Shown here piece after piece: positions 1 through 9,813 of a DNA stretch of 64,000 bases. The stretch spans positions 40,405-104,404 of IMG/VR virus record IMGVR_UViG_3300024272_000051; one strand, 5' to 3'. Each line of letters begins with the position of its first letter. The first letter of the stretch is position 1. This DNA is from a virus (taxonomy: Duplodnaviria > Caudoviricetes). The notes beneath the pieces were generated by a model. That model worked only from the letters and a program-made list of their open reading frames with translations. It was not told the DNA's origin and did no database searches. Made by a program: the position numbers and the translations under genes.

Positions 1-1
1 G

Positions 2-2671
2 GTTTACCAGAACAAATATGCATTTAATGGGGCGTATAAGGAAGATGGGGAATCGTACATCGATTGCTTTATTCAAAGCGAGAGCGAAGTTAAGGAGCGA
101 CTCGGTTATTTAACCCCAGAGATTGTAGATGATGTTATTAGAACTACACACATCATCGCAGATAAGTGCAATGTTGAGCTACCACTTTCTGCACCAATTA
201 TGCCAAAAATGGATGTGCCACAAGAGTTTTCAGACAGTAAAGAATGGCTTATGTCGATTTGTGAAAATGGGTTTCGTACCAAGTTGAATATTGATGTAGC
301 CACGCGTTCTCAGGCTGACCCAAATAGAAAAATATTCCAACAGATTTTGAATGAAGATGGGGAGATTGTTGGGTACGAAGAAAAAGATCTATCACAAGAG
401 ACTATCGATGCATACATAAAGCGATATGAGTATGAATTAGACAGTCTAACACGAATGGGTTTTCTCGACTATATGCTTCTGGTTTATTCATATGCAAATG
501 TGGCGAAGCGTCGCGGAATCGCAAGAGGCTCCGGCGGAGGAAGTCTGATCTGTTATGTCTCCAACATTACGAACATTGACCCACTTGAGCACAAGCTTTA
601 TTTTGAGCGTTTCATTGATGTTGGGGCATTGCCGTTGCTTGAGAGCGGTGAAATAACTCCAAAGGAACTAAAAATACCAGACGTTGATCTCGACTTTTCT
701 GGAGAGTCTTGTGCAGAGGTCATGCGCTTTTTGTACGATACATATGGAGAAAAAAGAGTTGCCTCTATTGGAAAGTTTGGCACAAATAAAACAAAAGGCA
801 CAATTCGAGATATGTGCAAGGTTTTGGGAATTGATCTTCAGGCTGCAGACGAAATTGCGAAGTCTTTTGAGAGCTTTGAAATCAACGAAATTGACGCAAT
901 GATTTCCGGCGAGATGGATGTTGTACCAAGTGCAAAAGCGGCCATTGATAATGTGAAGACATATCCAGAACTGTTTGATTTTGTTAGAAAGCTAAATGGT
1001 CTGCCCAAGTCATTTGGTTTACATGCCTGTGGCAAGATTATCGCCAATAACGAATTAGATTATTATCTCCCATCAAGTTATGATGCAGAAGGAATTCGCT
1101 TCCTACAAGGGGATATGCACAGTGTGGATGATGTCGGATTGGTAAAAATTGACGTTCTTGGACTTCGAACTTTAGACCAAGAATATGACACTCTTGAAAT
1201 GTCTGGAGAGTCATTGGAGTTCATCAACCCAAAACAAGACTATGGAGACCCAAAAGTTTTGGACATTTTCCGAAATGGAGACACACTGGGGATTTTCCAG
1301 TTTTCTTCAAATGGAATGAAACAAACCCTCAAGAAAATGAACGTAAGTGGCATTGATGATTTGTCTGCAGCAAATGCACTGTTCAGACCTGGATCAATGG
1401 GATATATCGATAATTACTGCAACAGAAAAAGCGGCAAGGAAAAGTTTACTTATTTGCATCCGGACTTGGAAGGCATCTTGAACACAACATATGGAATTAT
1501 TGTCTTCCAGGAACAGCTGATTGAAATTGGTCGATTAGCCGGTATGCATAACCCAGACTTGTTGCGTAAGGCAACCGGCAAGAAAAACCCCAAGCTTCTG
1601 GCTCAAGTAAAACCAGAACTTGAAGAGAAGCTGAAGGCAAGGGGCTGGACTGATGAACAATTTAGTCAATTGTGGACAGATATGTTGGAATTCGCTAAAT
1701 ACTCGTTTAACAAGGCGCACTCAAGTGCATACGCAATTCTTGCGTATATTACAGCAAAACAAAAGGCATATTATCCAGCCGAATTCTATGCAGGGCTTTG
1801 CAATTCCTATATCGGGCAAAGTTCTTTTGTTAAAGATGATGCCGACGAAATTATTAGCGATATGTTTAAGCACAAAATCAGCATTGAGCCATTCAGCTTT
1901 AGAGATGATCATAGAAAATGTTGGGTCAAAGATAATAAAGTTGTGTATGCAATTCCTTTGATCAGAGACTGCAACCAAAATACAGCAGAGGTGTTGTATC
2001 AATTCCGAAACAGTAAACAGAAATACTTCTGGGCGCTTTGTGGAGATATGATACAGGCAGGTCTTGAAAAGTCTAAGCTTAAAATTTTGATCCTACTTGG
2101 TTTCTTTAAAGAGTATGGAAACACAAAGGAATTATTACGCATCATGGATATCTTCGAATTCTTTAAATTTGGAGAGCGAGCATCAATTAAGGTTTCTCAA
2201 ATCGTTGAAGACGGTTTTATGAATGTGGTTATTCCTCAGTATAGTGTTCGCCCCAAGACAAAGAGTGGAGAACTGTCAAAAACATATAAAGAACTAAATA
2301 TCCCTGCGATTATGAATGCGTATGAAGATAAGTTGTTATCTCTTGGTATTGACGAATTTAGCTACAGAGACATTATGGCTACACAGAAAGAGTACTTGGG
2401 ATTTGTCAGTCTTGTTTCTGGGAAAGAGGAAGATAGAACCAAGCTCCGCATTAAGGGTGTCTACCCAGTCTGTAGAAAGTCTGACGGAAAACTGTTCGGA
2501 TACAGCATCCTCACACAGTCTATAGGAAGTGGTAAAGAAAGCCGCATGACCGTTTTTAAAAAGCGGTTTGAAGAAAACCCCATCCAAGAAGGGGATATCA
2601 TCGACTGTAGAAGGTGGGAGCGTGACGGTATTTATTTCCGCCTGCTCGACTATGTACATTTGGTCGATTAA
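2..2671 (+). CDS. dnaE: DNA polymerase III alpha subunit (DnaE-type), 5' end outside the window
   Basis: Frame is open from base 2; motifs RGSGGGSL, LYFERF, PDVDLDF, GLHACG, KIDVLGL, YSFNKAHS. Confidence 0.95.
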   Translation, partial: VYQNKYAFNGAYKEDGESYIDCFIQSESEVKERLGYLTPEIVDDVIRTTHIIADKCNVELPLSAPIMPKMDVPQEFSDSKEWLMSICENGFRTKLNIDVATRSQADPNRKIFQQILNEDGEIVGYEEKDLSQETIDAYIKRYEYELDSLTRMGFLDYMLLVYSYANVAKRRGIARGSGGGSLICYVSNITNIDPLEHKLYFERFIDVGALPLLESGEITPKELKIPDVDLDFSGESCAEVMRFLYDTYGEKRVASIGKFGTNKTKGTIRDMCKVLGIDLQAADEIAKSFESFEINEIDAMISGEMDVVPSAKAAIDNVKTYPELFDFVRKLNGLPKSFGLHACGKIIANNELDYYLPSSYDAEGIRFLQGDMHSVDDVGLVKIDVLGLRTLDQEYDTLEMSGESLEFINPKQDYGDPKVLDIFRNGDTLGIFQFSSNGMKQTLKKMNVSGIDDLSAANALFRPGSMGYIDNYCNRKSGKEKFTYLHPDLEGILNTTYGIIVFQEQLIEIGRLAGMHNPDLLRKATGKKNPKLLAQVKPELEEKLKARGWTDEQFSQLWTDMLEFAKYSFNKAHSSAYAILAYITAKQKAYYPAEFYAGLCNSYIGQSSFVKDDADEIISDMFKHKISIEPFSFRDDHRKCWVKDNKVVYAIPLIRDCNQNTAEVLYQFRNSKQKYFWALCGDMIQAGLEKSKLKILILLGFFKEYGNTKELLRIMDIFEFFKFGERASIKVSQIVEDGFMNVVIPQYSVRPKTKSGELSKTYKELNIPAIMNAYEDKLLSLGIDEFSYRDIMATQKEYLGFVSLVSGKEEDRTKLRIKGVYPVCRKSDGKLFGYSILTQSIGSGKESRMTVFKKRFEENPIQEGDIIDCRRWERDGIYFRLLDYVHLVD

Positions 2672-2687
2672 ACAAAGGAAAAAAGAT

Positions 2688-3008
2688 ATGTACGAACACT
2701 TTGGTGTTAATGAATTTGCAAAAAATAGATGGGCTGTAGTTGGTTTTGATTATGATACAGCACTCCAACTTATATCAGATATCGAGACATCTTCTGAGAA
2801 AGAAGTGTTAAGAAAAACGCGAACAAAGCACGAAATACGCACAGAATTTACTGATGGCACTTTGTTAAGATGGGTGCCTGCTTATATTAATGCAAGAGGA
2901 CATAAGTTCGGTAAAATGTGGTGCGATAAAAGTATTAACGAAGAAGAGCTAAGATGTAGGATCATGCCGATGTATTTTGGCAAAAGAGAAGATATTACTT
3001 GGTTATAA
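2688..3008 (+). CDS. Hypothetical protein (106 aa)
   Basis: ATG at 2688 after AAAGGA; directly follows dnaE. Confidence 0.7.
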   Translation: MYEHFGVNEFAKNRWAVVGFDYDTALQLISDIETSSEKEVLRKTRTKHEIRTEFTDGTLLRWVPAYINARGHKFGKMWCDKSINEEELRCRIMPMYFGKREDITWL

Positions 3009-3041
3009 AATTGAGATTTCATAAAGGAGGTGCGCCTCTTC

Positions 3042-3257
3042 GTGATAAAACAGGTTTGTAATTTTTGCGGAAAAGATTTTGATATGTGGGACAAACAAGA
3101 AGCGTTTGGCCTTCATCACCATGTTGGCTACGGAAGCGAGTTTGACGGCAGTTATATTGATGTCGATATGTGCTGTTCTTGCTTTGACAAGCTGATGAAT
3201 ACATATGTCATTCCAAATTGTAAGATCTCGCCGGTGGGAGAGGTTGGTGAGACATAA
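3042..3257 (+). CDS. Small putative zinc-binding protein
   Basis: GGAGGT RBS then GTG; CNFC...CCSC motifs. Confidence 0.7.
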   Translation: MIKQVCNFCGKDFDMWDKQEAFGLHHHVGYGSEFDGSYIDVDMCCSCFDKLMNTYVIPNCKISPVGEVGET

Positions 3258-3261
3258 TAAG

Positions 3262-3699
3262 ATGATGACACTAAGAGAACTCGATAATATGCTTGCTGAA
3301 TTTGAATATAAAACAGGCAAGTATGCAACGAAAATATATTGCGGGGCAAAGGCACTGGTTAGCTTACTTAAATACTGTAATAACCATGAGCTTGGATATT
3401 TTGATCGGTTCGAACCTTATGTTGACGGACGTATTAAATATATGGGAATCCCAATAGAAGTTGTTCACAACCCAAATATTGGAGAAGAGTTCATTGTAAC
3501 AAACGAATCTGAGTGGACACCCCATCTACATTCTCCGCATGATTTGTATATTGACGATCTGGTTCAGAGACATCGAGAGTGGTTTGAGCCAATATATTAC
3601 GGGGAATGGGATGTCAACAAAGTTAGTAGTCTTTTCGATGAAGAAATAGACGATATTGATGATGCGGACTTAATGTCGATTTTAGGATTTGAAAGTTGA
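3262..3699 (+). CDS. Hypothetical protein with acidic C-terminus
   Basis: ORF fills the operon gap; start estimated. Confidence 0.6.
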   Translation: MMTLRELDNMLAEFEYKTGKYATKIYCGAKALVSLLKYCNNHELGYFDRFEPYVDGRIKYMGIPIEVVHNPNIGEEFIVTNESEWTPHLHSPHDLYIDDLVQRHREWFEPIYYGEWDVNKVSSLFDEEIDDIDDADLMSILGFES

Positions 3700-3707
3700 G
3701 GAATACT

Positions 3708-4367
3708 ATGGCAAAAATTGAAAACGTAGAAGTCTACGGTCTTGATAGCACCATCTACAGAAGTGGATATCCTATGATGGATGCCGCACCTACTAAAGAA
3801 GAATTTTGTGATGCGGTTTCTGAAATCGCCACTGCTCGTGTGGTTGGTGATTATAATAATCCGCATATTAAGAGAGCAATTGGTCTTGCAAATGCTAAAG
3901 GTGGCGGACACGACCAATTCCTTACTGGTATTGTAGTTAATTTCGACCTTACACTTTCCAACAAAGCGTGGGTTGAAGCAGAGCGGTACACATTCTTAAA
4001 CTTCATTTCTTCTATGAGCACCATGCATCGTGTTGCGATGTTCAAAATCGGGGATTGCTGCAATGGTCATGTGAGCGATGTAGAAGTTAAAGAGGCGGAA
4101 CGGCTACAGGATATCTACAACTCTATCGATGGCGAAAAAGAACCAAAAAGAAAGAAGATAGCATATCTCGATTTGTTGTACAATCTCCCATCTGGCTTTG
4201 AACTGATGGCTGGAATGACAACCAACTATCGTTGTCTAAAAAACATTTATGCACAGCGCCGTCATCATAGACTGCCTGATTGGCACGTTGTTTGCGACTG
4301 GATTGAGACTCTTCCTATGGCAGACTATCTGATCACAGGTGCTGCTACAAGAAAAGAGGTCAAATAA
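3708..4367 (+). CDS. Divergent ThyX-like (flavin-dependent thymidylate synthase fold) protein
   Basis: GHDQFL, LPSGF, TNYRCLKNIYAQRRHHRLPDW resemble ThyX-fold phage proteins; canonical RHR-x7-S motif absent; coupled to dNMP kinase. Confidence 0.6.
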   Translation: MAKIENVEVYGLDSTIYRSGYPMMDAAPTKEEFCDAVSEIATARVVGDYNNPHIKRAIGLANAKGGGHDQFLTGIVVNFDLTLSNKAWVEAERYTFLNFISSMSTMHRVAMFKIGDCCNGHVSDVEVKEAERLQDIYNSIDGEKEPKRKKIAYLDLLYNLPSGFELMAGMTTNYRCLKNIYAQRRHHRLPDWHVVCDWIETLPMADYLITGAATRKEVK

Positions 4368-4930
4368 TGAAAGTCATTTGTATTTCTGGAAAGGCACAGC
4401 ACGGAAAGGATACAACAGCATCACTTCTTCGGGATGCGCTTGAGAATGACGGATACACAGTCCTGATTGCGCATTATGGAGACTTGGTTAAGTATGTGTG
4501 CAAGACATTCTTTGGTTGGAATGGAGAAAAGGACGAATATGGACGCAGTTTGTTACAACATGTTGGGACAGATGTAATTCGGAATCAACAAGAAGATTAC
4601 TGGGTTGGATTCATTGGCGACATGCTTAGAATGTTCCCAGGTGAATGGGACTATGTACTGATCCCTGACTGCCGGTTCCCAAATGAGGTTGAGTACTTGA
4701 GGGGGCTGGGCTTTGATGTGACCCATGTTCGTGTCTTGAGAGAAAATTTTGTCAGTCCACTAACAGAGGAACAGCAAGCGCACTCGTCAGAAACTGCCCT
4801 GGATGATGTTGCTCCGGATTTTTGGGTCATCAATTACGGTTCATTGCAGGACTTGAAACATGCTATTAGTTCGCTGATTTCTTCAATGAACGGGTATCAT
4901 CAAATGCATATTGATGAGTTTGTGGGGTGA
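4367..4930 (+). CDS. Deoxynucleoside monophosphate kinase
   Basis: ISGKAQHGKDT P-loop, RSLLQHVGTD, IPDCRFPNE, HSSETALD. Confidence 0.85.
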   Translation: MKVICISGKAQHGKDTTASLLRDALENDGYTVLIAHYGDLVKYVCKTFFGWNGEKDEYGRSLLQHVGTDVIRNQQEDYWVGFIGDMLRMFPGEWDYVLIPDCRFPNEVEYLRGLGFDVTHVRVLRENFVSPLTEEQQAHSSETALDDVAPDFWVINYGSLQDLKHAISSLISSMNGYHQMHIDEFVG

Positions 4931-4933
4931 GAT

Positions 4934-5506
4934 ATGTTCGTAGATATCTACAACACAAACAACAAGTACGATCTCATAGTAGCAGATCCGCCCTGGAAAC
5001 AAAGTAAAGGCGGTAAAAAGGCGGTTAGAGCAAACTCAAGCGGAACACCGTTAGATTACCCAGTGTGTACACTTGATGAAATAAAGGAACATTTGCAAAA
5101 AGCAAACGAATGTACCGGTGAAAATGCGATATTGTTTCTGTGGACAATCGATAAATATTTGTTCGAAGCAGAACAAATAGCAAAGGAACTTGGATATAAG
5201 CTTCATGCCAGAATGGTGTGGAACAAAGTTACCGGAATTCCGGCTGCATTTACAATTCGATTTGGGCACGAATACCTATTGTATATGTACAAAGGACGAT
5301 TACTACCGGTCAACAAGGAGCAACGAGGAAAGATCCACTCGGTTTTTACGGAGCGTGTAAAAAGACATAGCCAAAAGCCAGAAATTTCCTACGATATTAT
5401 AAACTGCTTATACCCTCATGCAAAAAAAGTCGAGCTATATGCACGCCAAGAACGAGACGGTTTTGATAGTTGGGGAAATGAAATTGTGGGGTATATCCCG
5501 CAATAA
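4934..5506 (+). CDS. MT-A70 family N6-adenine methyltransferase
   Basis: ADPPW catalytic motif, LFLWT, HEYLL, HSQKP, ELYAR...WGNE. Confidence 0.9.
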   Translation: MFVDIYNTNNKYDLIVADPPWKQSKGGKKAVRANSSGTPLDYPVCTLDEIKEHLQKANECTGENAILFLWTIDKYLFEAEQIAKELGYKLHARMVWNKVTGIPAAFTIRFGHEYLLYMYKGRLLPVNKEQRGKIHSVFTERVKRHSQKPEISYDIINCLYPHAKKVELYARQERDGFDSWGNEIVGYIPQ

Positions 5507-5521
5507 CACAGGAGGATACAT

Positions 5522-6157
5522 ATGAAGAAACGTGGATATTACGATGTTGATGTTGAAATTGAAAAGGCTCTTATGGACGGAGCGCTTGTTGGCGAGCTCC
5601 TTTACTATAAAGACCTCAAGCAACGCAAGTTATTCTTAAGCGAAGATGTCTCTCAGTATAGTATTGGAGAAATCGCCAAACACATTCTCCAATATAACAG
5701 AGAAGATGTTGGGAAGAAAATCAAGGATAGACAGCCAATTATGCTTTACATCGCATCCAACGGTGGTGAAGTTGACGCAGGGTTTGAGTTAATCGATGTT
5801 ATTATAAGCAGCAAAACTCCGGTCTACACAATCAATATGGGATATCAGTATTCTATGGGCTTTCTGATTGGTTTGGCAGGACATAAGAGATACGCGTTCG
5901 CACACTCCAAATTTCTGATGCACGATGGATCAAACTTCATTTATAACTCTGGTGCTAAAGCTCAAGACCAGATGGAGTTCAACCGCCGAGTTGAAGAACG
6001 TATTAAGAAATATGTTCTGTCTATGAGTAAGGTGACCTCTGAAGAATACGATAGTAAGTTGCGTATCGAGTGGTATCTGTTTAGTGATGAAGCAAAGGAG
6101 AAAGGATTTGTCGATTATATCATCGGCGAAGACTGTGACATCGAAGATATTATTTAA
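5522..6157 (+). CDS. clpP: ClpP-like protease
   Basis: IMLYIASNGGEV, YSMG (catalytic Ser), LMHDG, EAKEKGFVDYI. Confidence 0.85.
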   Translation: MKKRGYYDVDVEIEKALMDGALVGELLYYKDLKQRKLFLSEDVSQYSIGEIAKHILQYNREDVGKKIKDRQPIMLYIASNGGEVDAGFELIDVIISSKTPVYTINMGYQYSMGFLIGLAGHKRYAFAHSKFLMHDGSNFIYNSGAKAQDQMEFNRRVEERIKKYVLSMSKVTSEEYDSKLRIEWYLFSDEAKEKGFVDYIIGEDCDIEDII

Positions 6158-6166
6158 GGAGGCTTT

Positions 6167-6997
6167 ATGGAAAACTATTTGGGATTTCAGACAGTCGTGA
6201 TGAACGATGAAACTCTTGCCTCTTTTTATGAAGATATGAATAGTGTCATATTGCCAGAGTGTCTGACTAATGAATACTTACTCGTGGAAAACGACCACGG
6301 AGAAATCGTCGAATATCTCAAGTTTAACGGAGAAGGCTTTATAAAGGTTCCGTATAAACAAATTGCCAGCAGATATCTTGGAAAGATTAAACCAAGAAAT
6401 CCTCAACAGCAATTAGCTATAGATATGCTGTATAGCCAAGATACAACCGTGAAAGTGATTACAGGAAAATTTGGAACGGGCAAAGATCTCTTGATGACTT
6501 CAGCCGCCATTGATCTTTTGGAAAAAGGAAAGTTTTCAAAAATTGTTTGGGTCAGAAACAATATTGAGGTTAAAAATTCTAAACCTATCGGTCATTTGCC
6601 CGGCGACTATAAGGATAAATTATTGCCATTCGCCATGCCACTCGCAGACCACCTTGGTGGAGTCGACAGCCTTGAATTAATGATGAACCAAGGAAAAATA
6701 GAAATTGTACACCTTGGCTTTATACGAGGCAGAGACATTAAAGACTCCATTATTATATGTTCTGAAGCAGAAAACATGACCAAAGAACACATACAGCTGT
6801 TGCTTGGCAGAGTTGGTGATGGTTCATCTTTGTGGATCAACGGAGACTATAAACAGGTAGACGAAAAGGTGTTCCGAGAAAACAATGGCCTGATTACAGC
6901 AATAGACAAGCTAAAAGGACACCATCGATTTGGGTTTGTTAAGTTGTTAAAAACAGAACGAAGTGAAACGGCTGCAATGGCCGATTTGCTTGATTAA
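6167..6997 (+). CDS. phoH: PhoH-family ATPase
   Basis: GKFGTGKD, GHLPG, FIRGR, SEAENMT, GDYKQVD, ERS. Confidence 0.9.
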   Translation: MENYLGFQTVVMNDETLASFYEDMNSVILPECLTNEYLLVENDHGEIVEYLKFNGEGFIKVPYKQIASRYLGKIKPRNPQQQLAIDMLYSQDTTVKVITGKFGTGKDLLMTSAAIDLLEKGKFSKIVWVRNNIEVKNSKPIGHLPGDYKDKLLPFAMPLADHLGGVDSLELMMNQGKIEIVHLGFIRGRDIKDSIIICSEAENMTKEHIQLLLGRVGDGSSLWINGDYKQVDEKVFRENNGLITAIDKLKGHHRFGFVKLLKTERSETAAMADLLD

Positions 6998-7003
6998 GTA
7001 TAT

Positions 7004-7552
7004 ATGAAAAGACTAACGATTTTAATAGATATGGACGATACTATTGCAGGTCTTGTCGAAGCATGGGTTTCATATCTAAATAGCCATTATGGCACAAAAG
7101 TATCGACACAAGATATCACGGATTGGAACATTAAGGACTTTTTCCCGGATATATCGGTGGACGATGTGTACGGAGCTCTTGAAGATGAGGAATTATGGAA
7201 AATGGTAAGACCAAAGGACGAGGCAGTTTACTATGTTAAAAAGCTTATCGATGATGGTCACCGAGTTTATATTCTGACCTCTTCTTATTACAAATCAATC
7301 GTCCAGAAAATGGAGCATGTGTTATTCAAATACTTTCCATATATCACTTGGAATGATGTAATAATCGCACACGTTGACGATGGCGTACATAACCATGAGG
7401 GTGGCAACCATATCGGCATCCTAATGGATGCACCGCACAATAAATGGTTTGATGCAACCGCAAATGGCATTACCAGAATGAAGACGTGGAAAGAGATTTA
7501 TCGCTATATTTGTGATATTTGTGAAGATAGAAATAGAGAGGTGGTTAAATGA
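7004..7552 (+). CDS. HAD-family 5'(3')-deoxyribonucleotidase, possibly with an internal deletion
   Basis: IDMDDTI motif I, ILTS motif II, VDD..HN motif IV, APHN. Confidence 0.8.
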   Translation: MKRLTILIDMDDTIAGLVEAWVSYLNSHYGTKVSTQDITDWNIKDFFPDISVDDVYGALEDEELWKMVRPKDEAVYYVKKLIDDGHRVYILTSSYYKSIVQKMEHVLFKYFPYITWNDVIIAHVDDGVHNHEGGNHIGILMDAPHNKWFDATANGITRMKTWKEIYRYICDICEDRNREVVK

Positions 7553-9801
7553 CAGTAAACGAATGGCTCGGAAATGAAAATGAACTTGGACTTAAAATAT
7601 ATGACAGCAAGTACAGACACAATGAAGAAGATTTTGAATGCTTTTTGGACAGAGTGAGTGGCGGAGACGAAGAACTTCGTAAGTATGTAAAGCAGAAAAA
7701 GATTTTGCTCGGCGGAAGAACGCTCACAAACAGAGGAACGGATAGCAGTGCGTCATATTTTAACTGTTACTCTCGTGGTTTTGTAGAAGACGACTATCGT
7801 GACATTATGCAGGCCGCTGTTGATATTGGTTTAACATTCAAGTCACAAGGTGGACAGGGTATTTCACTTAGTAAGTTAAGACCAAAGGGCACACCCATCG
7901 GAAAAGAGTACTCATCAGATGGTATCATCCCATTTATGAAGATCTACAATGAGGTCACCGCCGGAACAAGTCAGGGCGGCTCTCGAAAGGGTGCATTGAT
8001 GTTGTCTATCGATGCACGACACAAAGAAGCAATCGATTTTATCCATATCAAATCCACGGAGGGTTCTATCGAAAAGGCAAACTTGTCTCTTGAGATCGAC
8101 GATGAGTTTATGCGTGCAGTAGAGAAATACTACCAGACCGGCGAGATTGTTACTTTACATGAAAAGCGCAATTACAGTGGACATGTAGTAGAATATGATG
8201 TCGTTCCAATCAAAGTGTTTGAAGCACTTGTTCAGAACTCATATGACTGGGCAGACCCCGCATGTCTGTTTGTAGATGAGTTTAGAAACCACAATTTGAT
8301 GCAGTACGATCCCAATTATCAGATTGAGACATGTAATCCCTGCGGGGAACAACCTTTGCCCAAGCATGGCGCCTGTTGCCTTGCGTCACTTAACCTTTCT
8401 GAATTCGTCAAAAATCCATACACAGAACAGGCTCATGTCGATGTGTCAGATTTCGTAAATGCTGTGAGAGTTGGCATCGAAACACTTGATAAGCTCATTG
8501 ACGAGAATTACTCAAGACATCCTCTGGAAGAGCAACAGAAGATGTCTTACAACTACCGTAATATCGGACTCGGTATTTTTGGTTATGCTACGGCACTTAT
8601 GAAGCTTGGGATGAAATATGGTTCCAACGAAGCAATTAAGTTCACCGAAGAGATTTTTGGCATGATGTTTAAAGCTGCTGTCATCAAGAGTAATGAACTT
8701 GCCAAGGAGTATGGGCCGTTCCCAAAGTACAACGATTTGTTGTTCGATGCAGACATCCTTAAAGAGCACTTTACACAAGATGAGTTGGATGCAATGAAGC
8801 CGTATGGGCTAAGAAACTGCTCACTGCTTTCCATTGCGCCTACTGGCAGTATCTCAAATCTTCTGAATGAAAGTGGTGGCTGTGAGCCGGAATTTGCTCT
8901 CAAATATACAAGACGAACTATCGGCATGACCGAGGGGCAGGATACATACTTTGATGTTTACTGTAAGGCTGCAAGGGAATATATGGCTTTCACTGGAAAG
9001 CATGAACTGCCTGACTATTTTGTGAGTTCGAGCGACATTCCGTGGGAAGCTCGTATCGCAACACAGGCTGCCATGCAACGGCATGTTGATACGGCCATCT
9101 CATCTACAGTCAATCTTCCTGAGAGTGCGACGTGTGAAGACATTGCACAGCTTTATTTGGAGAGTTGGAAGCAAAAGCTAAAAGGTGTTACGATTTTCAG
9201 AAGCGGATGTAAGAGAATGCCAATCCTTTCTACAAAAGCCAACACTTCTACAAAAGAAGAACCGTACCGTGAGCTGAGTAGGGGAGATATTATTGAATGC
9301 TCCAATGAGCTTGTCGGCAAAAAGAGAAAGCTGACAACGGGCTGTGGCAGCCTTCATGTGATGGCATACTTTGACCCCGTTACAGCAGAATTACAAGAGT
9401 GCTTCCTTGCTAAAGGTTCGACCGGTGGGTGTGCCAACTTTATGACAGGCTTGAGCAGAACTATTTCGCTTCTCGCTCGTGCAGGTGTCAGTGTGTACAC
9501 CATCCAAGACCAGCTGAATAGTACGGGAACCTGTCCCTCATATGCAACACGAAGAGCCGTTTCTCACGATACATCAAAGGGATCTTGTTGCCCGATGGCA
9601 GTCGGAAATGCTCTTATCGAAATGTATGAGGAGATGTTGGATGAAGTTCTGTATGACGAAAGTGGCGATTGTGAAGAATGTGTATGTCACAACGATACCA
9701 GAGAGACAGTCAGTGACAAGTGTCCGCAGTGCGGAGAAAACGTGATTTATGAAGTCGGGTGTATGACTTGTAAATCGTGTGGATGGACAAAGTGTGAATA
9801 A
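7549..9801 (+). CDS. nrdJ: Class II (adenosylcobalamin-dependent) ribonucleotide reductase with C-terminal TSCPD and Zn-ribbon domains
   Basis: FNCY, TCNPCGEQ, CCLASLNL, IAPTGSIS, AISSTVNLP, TTGCGSLHV, CxxC...CxxC tail; no NrdB or NrdG partner nearby. Confidence 0.9.
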   Translation: MTVNEWLGNENELGLKIYDSKYRHNEEDFECFLDRVSGGDEELRKYVKQKKILLGGRTLTNRGTDSSASYFNCYSRGFVEDDYRDIMQAAVDIGLTFKSQGGQGISLSKLRPKGTPIGKEYSSDGIIPFMKIYNEVTAGTSQGGSRKGALMLSIDARHKEAIDFIHIKSTEGSIEKANLSLEIDDEFMRAVEKYYQTGEIVTLHEKRNYSGHVVEYDVVPIKVFEALVQNSYDWADPACLFVDEFRNHNLMQYDPNYQIETCNPCGEQPLPKHGACCLASLNLSEFVKNPYTEQAHVDVSDFVNAVRVGIETLDKLIDENYSRHPLEEQQKMSYNYRNIGLGIFGYATALMKLGMKYGSNEAIKFTEEIFGMMFKAAVIKSNELAKEYGPFPKYNDLLFDADILKEHFTQDELDAMKPYGLRNCSLLSIAPTGSISNLLNESGGCEPEFALKYTRRTIGMTEGQDTYFDVYCKAAREYMAFTGKHELPDYFVSSSDIPWEARIATQAAMQRHVDTAISSTVNLPESATCEDIAQLYLESWKQKLKGVTIFRSGCKRMPILSTKANTSTKEEPYRELSRGDIIECSNELVGKKRKLTTGCGSLHVMAYFDPVTAELQECFLAKGSTGGCANFMTGLSRTISLLARAGVSVYTIQDQLNSTGTCPSYATRRAVSHDTSKGSCCPMAVGNALIEMYEEMLDEVLYDESGDCEECVCHNDTRETVSDKCPQCGENVIYEVGCMTCKSCGWTKCE

Positions 9802-9813
9802 GAGGAGAATAAA

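Noticed and set aside
2-9801. Inteins or group I introns in dnaE or nrdJ
   Set aside because: Both reading frames are continuous and of ordinary length, with no intein splice or homing endonuclease motifs seen.
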